This document shows positions 1 through 8,200 of a DNA stretch of 64,000 bases, in pieces. Source of the stretch: Azolla caroliniana (Eukaryota > Plantae > Polypodiophyta). The notes below the pieces were generated by a model. It ran no database searches and was not told where the DNA came from. It saw only the letters and a list, made by a program, of their open reading frames with translations. Position numbers and translations under genes: made by a program. The stretch covers positions 9,486,001 through 9,550,000 of the forward strand of contig JBHGNT010000014.1 of NCBI GenBank assembly GCA_043228905.1, written 5' to 3'. The stretch's first letter is position 1. The number at the start of each line of letters is the position of its first letter.

Positions 1-900
1 ATTTCTCTTGGAAGAAGTGTTCTGCAGGTACGGGTGCGTAGGACAAGGGATTGCAGATCAGAGAGAACTTGACTCTGATAAAGCTAGGGAATTCCTCGCC
101 AAACATGGAGTACAGTTACCACTAACCACGGAATACAATTCGGAAGCCAACGGGAAGATCGAATGAGGACATAGTCCAATAGTTAAAGCACGTGCAAAAG
201 CATGTGACGGAACGGTGAAGAATTAGCCACAGATGCTTCCATATGCACTCTGGGCAAATCGCACAACACATAGTTCTGTGACCGGTTATATGCCAATGGT
301 ACTTATGACCGGCCAAGCATTGGTAATGTCGGCGGAAACTGCAATTGCGACATGGACAGTGCTTCCGTGGAAGGAAGAGATGAGCCAGGATGAACTACTA
401 CTAGTTTGGATACGACAATTGGAGAGAAGACCAGAAGACATAACGGAAGCAATACACCGACAACAAGAAGTGCAATTCCCAAACAAAAGTGGATTCGACA
501 CAAAGCACTGTCTACTACCACGGAAGATTGAAGAAGGAGATTGGGTGATAGTCTATGGCAGTAGTTGGATCATCAACACACAACGATCCGGAAATTCGCT
601 AAAAGGTGGTTCGGACCATACGAAGTTTGGAAAGTTTTCGACAACAGAACCTACCAACTAAGTGAGTTCGATGGAACGGTACTACGGGTGCCTATGGCGG
701 GGAAACGGGTAAGGATTTTCTAGAAGCAAACTGATGATGACTCCTAAGTGACCTTAGACAAGACCGCAATGAGGAGCAATCAGACAAAGACCATGGTGGT
801 GCGGAAAGCGAAGAAAGTGGCCTAGAATTGATAATCGACATAAGGGGAGAACTTGAGAGTGCTAAGGATAAAGGAGAATAACATGCATAAGAACTTCAAC
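1..900 (+). pseudogene. pol: Degenerate Gypsy integrase C-terminus (element D1, continues upstream of window)
   Basis: Integrase motifs YNxEANGKIE, LPYALWANRTT, GDWVIVY, GPY with stops and frameshifts; highly similar to 15320-15792 plus 32512-32615. Confidence 0.85.
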
Positions 901-924
901 ACATACCGGAGGATGTGTGGGCTC

Positions 925-936
925 GGAGGGGGCGAA
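925..936 (+). promoter_or_regulatory. Polypurine tract of D1
   Basis: GGAGGGGGCGAA immediately before LTR start TGTCGT. Confidence 0.75.
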
Positions 937-1563
937 TGTCGTAGTGTAATTTGCACACTACGTAAAATATGTAAGAAATATCCGATTAAGTATGCGTAAA
1001 GAAATAAAAGAAAATATTAAAATATATGTTACATGTGTAGGGCAAGATTCAAACCTTTCATGTACATGTAAACATACCCCAAACTTTACAATTGTACTAA
1101 TGTGTCATAAGTGACAAAAAGAAAGTTACTCATGCACGTCTAGAGTGCATGAGCACTATATTTAGAAATTAAAAACATGGTAGAAAAAGCAATTCAGGGA
1201 CATCTAGTGTGCATGAACACTTTAGAAAAGCGTTATGATATGTTTAGTCTCTTCCATCACTATATAAGGAAGAGAGAAAGATGTATATGGTTGTTGATTT
1301 TTTATAAGGGTTGATTAATATATTATATTCGTGGGAATTCACGAATTTGCCATCTATTTCTCTCTTGCAATCTAAATTCGTATTCTTACCTAAACATTAA
1401 TTAATACACTAAATTCGTGGTATTCATGAGTTTCATATCTTTCTTTCTTATAATCTATTAATATTCACAACTAAACTCATCTCCAACTCTTCTTCCTCCT
1501 AGTCCTAAAGCCCAGTGGTTCCCACCCGACTCATGCAAGGATCTAGTGCCAAAAGGCACGACA
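937..1563 (+). repeat. LTR of family D, shared between tandem units D1 and D2
   Basis: TGTCGT...ACGACA termini, TATA (CTATATAAG ~1260), PPT upstream, PBS downstream; its 3' end recurs at ~32615-32659. Confidence 0.8.
1045..1099 (-). promoter_or_regulatory. Degenerate tRNA-like A-box/B-box module in LTR D
   Basis: Minus strand TAGTACAATTG ... GGTTTGAATCT, box starts 44 nt apart. Confidence 0.55.
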
Positions 1564-1567
1564 CAGT

Positions 1568-1585
1568 CAGTGAACCTGACGTGAA
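1568..1585 (+). promoter_or_regulatory. Primer binding site, tRNA-Trp-like (element D2)
   Basis: CAGTGAACCTGACGTGAA vs recalled plant tRNA-Trp complement TGGTGAACCCGACGTGAA (15/18); homologous site at 60143-60160. Confidence 0.65.
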
Positions 1586-1755
1586 CACGGGTGGCAAGTA
1601 GATGAAAAATCAACAAGAGGCTAACAATATGATGACAATGTTCGAGCGGATGCTACAAGAAAAACGTGCGATGTCGGAGATTGCAGCGGCAGTAGAGCGG
1701 CTTATGCAACGGAACGGGCAATTCAACAAGAAGAATGTGTCATGTTATTTGCGGG

Positions 1756-2174
1756 TGTTATTCTCTTAGCCGGACAAGGCCTAACACAAGGTGTCACGGA
1801 GACACTTCACCAAAGGTGATTACGGCATAGGATTAAGATTCAACGATTACACCGACTTACGTAGGTTACACGATTAGATTGCTTTGGTTAATTACACGCG
1901 TAAGATATAACAGTGATTACAGAACGGAAATCAAGACAGAAGTATAAACATCAGAATCTCTATTAATTATCCGCTGTCATTACAATAGGGTCCGGGCCTT
2001 TAAATAGGTTTCCGGCCCGTAGTACAAAACGGTGCCTCTCGCACCTATTCGGGATCCGTCCGGATCTGGAACGGCATACCGTTTCCAGTCCGTCCGTCCA
2101 CACTATGCTCATTTACAACCATATCTAATTAATTCCTTCACTCCGTATTTTGGACTCCTTGCCGGCCGGTAACA
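1756..2174 (-). repeat. 3' LTR of element A
   Basis: Identical to 10624-11042; TATA-like CCTATTTAAAGG on minus strand. Confidence 0.97.
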
Positions 2175-2176
2175 CA

Positions 2177-2214
2177 TGGCACGCCCGTGGGACAGTACCT
2201 TGTACGTCGAACCC
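2177..2214 (+). promoter_or_regulatory. Second, antisense tRNA-Arg(UCU)-complementary site located where the PPT is expected (element A)
   Basis: TGGCACGCCCGTGGGAC 2 nt from LTR edge, then 13-nt hairpin insert, then TCGAACCC; matches recalled tRNA-Arg complement TGGCACGCCC(A/G)GTGGGACTCGAACCC. Confidence 0.75.
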
Positions 2215-2226
2215 TTCTCGGCCCCT

Positions 2227-4905
2227 TCATTGTTCACCCAAATTGTCCAAAATAGTTTGTTCAAGAATTTCCACTTGTTCTTCCGGTTGTGGTTGTTGCG
2301 GCTGTGCTTGCTGCTGCTGCTGTGGTTGCGGTTGGGACTGAGGCTGCTCCGGCTGCTCTGCTTGCTGCTGCTGCTCCGTTTGCTTCGCTGACTCCGGCTG
2401 CTCCGTTTGTCTTTCTGGCTCCGGCATCTCCGTCTGACTGCTTCCGGTCCGGTCTCCTTCCAGTAACGGTTCCTCATCACTGAGGTTGACCGTAACTGGT
2501 TCTCGTTCTTTCTCTCCCCGGATCCGGGACCTCTCGTAGCTTTCAAACTGGATCTGCGCCTCCAGCCTGTCGTCGTCCAGCTGAGCTACAAGTTGCCGGA
2601 CTTGCTCTAGTTGGTCCTCTGCCAAGGCTTGAAAGTCTTCGGCAAGCTCATCCCTTATGCCGGTGAAGTCTTCGGAAGTCAGCATATAGCAATCATCTCC
2701 CTCCTTCCGCCGGTTCTCTACGTCAGCCCGGAGCAATTGGAGTTCCGCCGCGTTCGTGGCCCACTTGGTCCACCATTTGACGGAACCGTTGTCAATCAAG
2801 CTCTTGGTCTGGTTCAACCAGGCCCGCATTATATCTTGGATGCGACTTGCTCCCATTTGAGCTCTGCTTTCCACCACTTGTCGCTCCTCCTTCAACTGCT
2901 TGATGAGGTTTGCCGTATCCTCCGCCTGCTCTCTGTAGCGCGTCAGCTGCCCTTGATATGTCGTTTGCAGCCTCTGCAGTACCTTTGCCGCTCTTTCTTT
3001 TTCCGCCTGCTGTTGCCTGAGGAGCTCTGTCCGAACCTTCTCCGCCTCTTCCAACCGTCTTCTGTTTTCCGCTTGTTCCTTGGCGAATGCGGTTGCGGTC
3101 CGATCAACTTCTTGCCGGAGCTCATCCGTCCGTTCCTTGTGCTCCGTTTGCAACCGTTTATACTCCCGGTGCAATTGCTCAAATTCCTCCGTTTTTTGTT
3201 TGAGCTTGCCGTTGATCTGGCGATTGTTCCGGTCCTCCCGGTCCTTTACCTGCCGGAGTTCCTCTTTCAGGCGCTCTACTTCTGTTTCGGCGTTCCTCCG
3301 GAGCTTGTCCTTCTCTTGCAGCATTTTCTCCTTTTCCTCCTTGAGCCGGTCGTAAGCTTGGTGGCCTTTCCGTAAGCTCTCCTCGGCCCGGCGTAGATTC
3401 TCAGCAGTCTTTTTGAGTTCTGCCTCCGCTGCCGTCTTCAATTCTCTTTCGCGGCTCCTCAGCGCTTCTTGGGCAGCAAGCTCATCCTTTAAATCCGCAA
3501 GCTCTTGGGCTTGTGCCGCATTTCTCTCCGGAACGGTTTCCGTTGCCGGGGTCTGATTGCTATGTACAGGTTGATTTGATACTTTATTCTGTACATTGCC
3601 CGGAGTCACCGGTGCTTGGACTTGTGTTTCCCTTGTGACCCTGTCCAAGTCTTCTTCAAGGCTCCGGATTCTGGACCGGGCCGTCTCTAGATCTACGGTT
3701 GTGACGAGCAACCGTTCCTGGTGCGTTCTCTCTTCCGCCTCTATATACTCGACCACTCCGGCGATTTGCTCGCCTACCCACCGTAGCCACATGCTACTGG
3801 TGCCCTGTTGCTGTACTGGTCGAGTCGCCTCATTCACCGTGGAATTGTCTGGCCTGATTGCCTGCATATGCCGTTCTGGTTCTACTCCTTGGCCGCCGTG
3901 TGCTCTGGCTGGGCTCGCCGGCTGTTGAGTTCCGGTTCTCGCCGTCTCCGGAGCCGTTGGACTGACTTCTTCTATAGAAGTCGACAAGACCGGTTCCCTA
4001 CGTACCGGTTCCGGTTCTTCCCTTGTGGTTTGCTCAGGTTGAGTTGGGGGCGTTTCTGCCTCTCGCGGGTACGACCGCTCCCCTCCTGTCTCGGCGGTCC
4101 TACTTCTCGACCGTCGTTGGAGGTGCTCTTCTGGCTCCTCCGTTTCCTCTTCCTGTGTCACGGCATGTTTCTGTGCCGTCAAGGGTTCCGGTTCCTTCTG
4201 TCCTGGTCTCCGTAAGGTTATCTTGACGGGTCGGACCGGTGACACCTCTTCCGGTTCTGGGGCCCGTTTCTTCCCTTTCGTCGCCTTCGACGCCAGCAGC
4301 TGCTGTCGTTTGGACGCCGGCTTCGAGGTGCTTCCTTCCGATACTCTTGGCCGCTTCTTTGGCTGGACGGTCTCGACCGGCGGCACGAGCAATGTTATCC
4401 ATTGAGCTACGGCGTGCCACAGCTTCCGGCCCTCCTTGCCGTCCTTCCCTCGTACCATGTCGATTGCCATGCACAGCCCGTCTGCAATCAGCACCGGCCA
4501 GTCCACCTTGACCCCTTCATAGGTGGCTATGATCATCCCTGCCCGATTTTTTGGCATGACAGGGGGTCGGGGGTACACGTGACCGTACTCATGGAGCACT
4601 CGAGCTATCTCCCTGAATAGCGGATCTTCGCCGCCCTGCGTCCGATAGCCTTTGCCGGCAACAGAGTACTCACCGAAATATCGGGTGAGTTGCTCCGAGG
4701 TTGGGTTATCGATCTGAAAGATTCCTCCCTCCGGAAGGCCTGTTAGCGCGCGGATCGCTTCCTCGGTGATGACCTCTGTGGCGAGCTCCTTGATGACCCG
4801 GTCGGCTTCTCTGTGCGGCGGTGCCTCCATGATGGCCAAGAACCCCTCCAGTCCGTTTTGCCTGAACCATTTCCTGGCCGCTTCCGACAGCGTTTGTGGT
4901 TCCAT
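2227..4905 (-). CDS. Extra 3' ORF of element A (892 aa): N-terminal plant-transposon-type domain, acidic/Pro linker, long coiled coil, Gln-rich tail
   Basis: Intact long ORF, sense to gag-pol, conserved in copy B; ITEEAIRALTGLPEGG and GVKVDW motifs; E/K/R/L heptad-rich region; no obvious signal peptide or TM helix. Confidence 0.85.
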   Translation of the reverse strand: MEPQTLSEAARKWFRQNGLEGFLAIMEAPPHREADRVIKELATEVITEEAIRALTGLPEGGIFQIDNPTSEQLTRYFGEYSVAGKGYRTQGGEDPLFREIARVLHEYGHVYPRPPVMPKNRAGMIIATYEGVKVDWPVLIADGLCMAIDMVRGKDGKEGRKLWHAVAQWITLLVPPVETVQPKKRPRVSEGSTSKPASKRQQLLASKATKGKKRAPEPEEVSPVRPVKITLRRPGQKEPEPLTAQKHAVTQEEETEEPEEHLQRRSRSRTAETGGERSYPREAETPPTQPEQTTREEPEPVRREPVLSTSIEEVSPTAPETARTGTQQPASPARAHGGQGVEPERHMQAIRPDNSTVNEATRPVQQQGTSSMWLRWVGEQIAGVVEYIEAEERTHQERLLVTTVDLETARSRIRSLEEDLDRVTRETQVQAPVTPGNVQNKVSNQPVHSNQTPATETVPERNAAQAQELADLKDELAAQEALRSRERELKTAAEAELKKTAENLRRAEESLRKGHQAYDRLKEEKEKMLQEKDKLRRNAETEVERLKEELRQVKDREDRNNRQINGKLKQKTEEFEQLHREYKRLQTEHKERTDELRQEVDRTATAFAKEQAENRRRLEEAEKVRTELLRQQQAEKERAAKVLQRLQTTYQGQLTRYREQAEDTANLIKQLKEERQVVESRAQMGASRIQDIMRAWLNQTKSLIDNGSVKWWTKWATNAAELQLLRADVENRRKEGDDCYMLTSEDFTGIRDELAEDFQALAEDQLEQVRQLVAQLDDDRLEAQIQFESYERSRIRGEKEREPVTVNLSDEEPLLEGDRTGSSQTEMPEPERQTEQPESAKQTEQQQQAEQPEQPQSQPQPQQQQQAQPQQPQPEEQVEILEQTILDNLGEQ

Positions 4906-5244
4906 GTCTGCTTCAAGGTCGAGGGAAGATGGCGAGGTAGAGTGGTGATGAGAGTGAGAGTGAGAGAGAGAGCGTTCTGAGCGCGGGGGTTCTCTGCGTG
5001 CAGGTTCGCGTTTGCTCAGCTTCCACTATCTTGGTGCTTCTGTGCTTCTTGGCTCGCGAAATGAAAAGGTCTCCATGCGTTCTGCTTCTTCTTTGTGCGT
5101 TTTGGCGCCTTTTTCGAGCATGCCCACGTCGTGTACCAATTTAGTATTAAGTAGCGTGGCGTCTCTTAAATGCCCACTACGTACCTTTTCGCGCCTCGCT
5201 TTCACACCCGTTCATACCTCGATTTTTAATGACGGTGTGTGACC

Positions 5245-8200
5245 TTACACATCCGTCAGTCCCTTCGGACCCTGACCGTTTTCCTTACGGGTTGCCGTGT
5301 CTTCCTTCGTATTTACTACGGGTTCCCCGTCGTCTTTTTCTTCCGGATCGATCCGTACCGATCCCGGGCAGGTTCCTGGTGTAGTGCCGGTGAGCTGCAT
5401 AAACGGGTTCTTTGGCATCGGTCCATTATAGGGCTTTAGTCGAAATCCATTCACCCACTTGCCTACTACTTCCCCGGCAAGTGTCCCTATCTGATAGGAC
5501 CCGTTGTATTCCCGTGTCAGCCAATACGGGCCTGTCCATCTGAACCGGAGTTTACCCGGCATTTTGCCCATCCTCGTTTGGAAGACTAGAACCGGCTTTC
5601 CGATTTCGAACATCTTTTCGTTACCTTTCCGGTGACGGTCAACGAACGCTTTCCGTCGTCGTTGCTCCAGTTCCATGTGGAGGATGCTGGCTAGCCGTTG
5701 CTCCTCCAGTTCGCATAGTGCTGCTAGCCGCATTTCCTCCGACTTCTTTTCATTCAGCCGTTCCCGTAGTTGGATCCGTAAGCTTGGTACCTGAAACTCG
5801 ACCGGCATGACCGCTTCTAAGCCGAATGCTAACCGGAACGGTGTTGTCCGGATACTTGTTTTGTATGCCGTTCTGTACGCCCATAGCGCGCTATTGAGCT
5901 TTGTATCCCAGTCCGTCCAGTTTTCGTTGACGATTTTGCGGAGAATGTTCTGGAGCGTTTTGTTGGTGGATTCCGCTAACCCGTTCGCCTGTGGGTAGTA
6001 CGGTGTGCTTCTTTTATGCACCACGGCATAGAACGTTGTTAAGCTTTCCACTACCTGGCCGAGGAAATGCCCTCCTTGGTCGCTGATCAGTTCAATCGGA
6101 CATCCATATCGGCACCAAATGTTCTCGTACAGGAATTTTGCTGTGGATGACGCGGTGTTGTCTCTCAGGGCCTTAGCTTCCACCCATTTCGTGCAATAAT
6201 CCGTTGCCACGATGACATAACGATTACCCGTTCTCATTGCCGGTGGCTTGAACGGTCCGACAAAATCCAACCCCCACTTCTGGAATGGCTCTAGTGGAAG
6301 TACCGGTTGGTGTGGCATCCGTGCTTGCTCCGTAGGCTGGCCCATTCGTTGGCATAGGTCACATTCCTTAGCATACTTGACGGCATCTTTTAGCGTCGTG
6401 GGCCACCATAAGCCGCTCTGCCAAACCTTTCTTGCCGTCGCTTCCCCGGCATAGTGTCCTCCGGCAACCCCACAGTGTGCTTCCCGTAAGATTACTTCTT
6501 TCTTGTCACTACGGACTGCCCGTCTCCATATTCCATCTGCTCCTTTGTGGTAGAGAGTGTCCCGTAACAGACAGAAATTGCGGCTCTGCACCGCCAGTCG
6601 TTTCCTCTCGTCCCGGTTCATTTCCTCCGGTGGCAGGCCCGTGCTTAGGAACTGGTGCATGTTTGTCAGCCATTTATCTTCTGATGCCACCGTGTCGTCC
6701 GCTGCCGTTTCCGGGGTGATCCGGAATAACTCCGCGTCCGGAAATTCATCCGCTACTCCGTTGCCTGGTTCTCCGGACTCTAACCGGCTCAGGTAGTCTG
6801 CTACGGCATGCTGGATACCGGGCCGGTGGAAAATCTCGAATTCGAACTCCTGCAACAGTAAGGTCCAACGGGCCAACTTACCGGTCAGGGACGCCTTGGA
6901 AACTAAGTAGAGGAGCGCCGAGTGATCCACATGAAAGGAGAACTTCCTTCCCAATAGGTAGTGCCGAAACTTTGTGACACTGTAGATCATGCCGAGGGCC
7001 TCCCGTTCCGTCGTTGAATAGTTCTTCTCCGCTTGGGACAGCTTCCGGCTGGCGTAATATACCGGCCGATACCATTTGGGCTCCGTAAGCTGCATTAAGG
7101 CGCTGCCAATCGCGATGTCGGACGCGTCCACGAACACGTGAAACTCCTTGCTCCAATCCGGAGGCTGCACGACAGGTGCTTGCGACAAAAGTACCTTCAG
7201 GGCGTTGTATGCCTTGTCCTCCGTATCCGTCCATTGGAACGGTGTCCGATGTACCGCGGTGTCTAGTACTCCGTCCGTGAACGGAAGAGGGAATGCATCC
7301 GTAATTGTGGCGGCATTTAGTTTCCTGTAATCAACACACACACGGATTTTACCGTTCTTCTTGGGGACGACGACGATGGGGCTCAGCCACGTCGCTTTCT
7401 TTACCGGCCGGATGAAGCCCACTCTGAGGAGTTTGTCGATTTCCTCTTTTACTTTGGCGGCGTAGTTGGGGTTCATTCGGTATCGTCGTTGCGCCACTGG
7501 TTTCGCGTCCTTGCCTAAGTGGATCTGATGCTGATATAATTGAGGGTCCAGCCCTCGCATGTCTTCGTATGACCAGGCGAATACGTCGCGAAACTCCGTG
7601 AGAAGTTTGATCATCGCCGCTTTATCTTCCGGCTTCATTTCTTTGGCGATGTGTACCGGCTTTGATTCGTCTTTGCTTCCTAGGTTCACTTCGTCGAGCT
7701 GGGATGCTTTTACCCGTTGGGAAACGGCCATTTCCCGTTCCAACGCTTCCTGTGCTTGCCGTAATTCCCGAATCGCATCTTTGTCTGGTTCGGCTTCGGT
7801 GTCGTCCCGCTGCGGCAAGTATGCGGCTACGGCTTCAGCTACGTCAATCTCGAAGAGTGGTACGATCTTCGGATGTTCCTCCAAGTACTGGGCTTCTTCG
7901 TCGTCTGCCAACCCTTCAAGCATGTTCACACATTCCGCATACAGCGGTGTGCATTCCTTACCGTTGCTTGTCCGTGGTTGTGTCGGTACCCGGACCTTGG
8001 CTTTTCCGCGCCGGAAGGTAATCATATTTTTTCGCCAATTTTGCTTGATGTGTGCTGTTTTCAACCATGGTCTGCCCAGCAACAGAGGGTACGCGCCTTG
8101 CGCCTGTAGCTGCAGCACTACAGCCGAGATGTGAAATGTGTGGCCTCCTATGGTGACTTCCAATTTCCGTATTAAGCCCGTCGGCCGTACAGAGCTCGTA

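Noticed and set aside
2177-2193. Self-priming of element A by pairing its 3' tRNA-like tail with its own 5' PBS
   Set aside because: The tail ends GGGCGUGCCA and the PBS begins UGGCGACCAC; only 4 bp are complementary.
2227-4905. Calling the extra ORF an env gene
   Set aside because: No signal peptide or hydrophobic transmembrane stretch; the protein is charged and coiled-coil.
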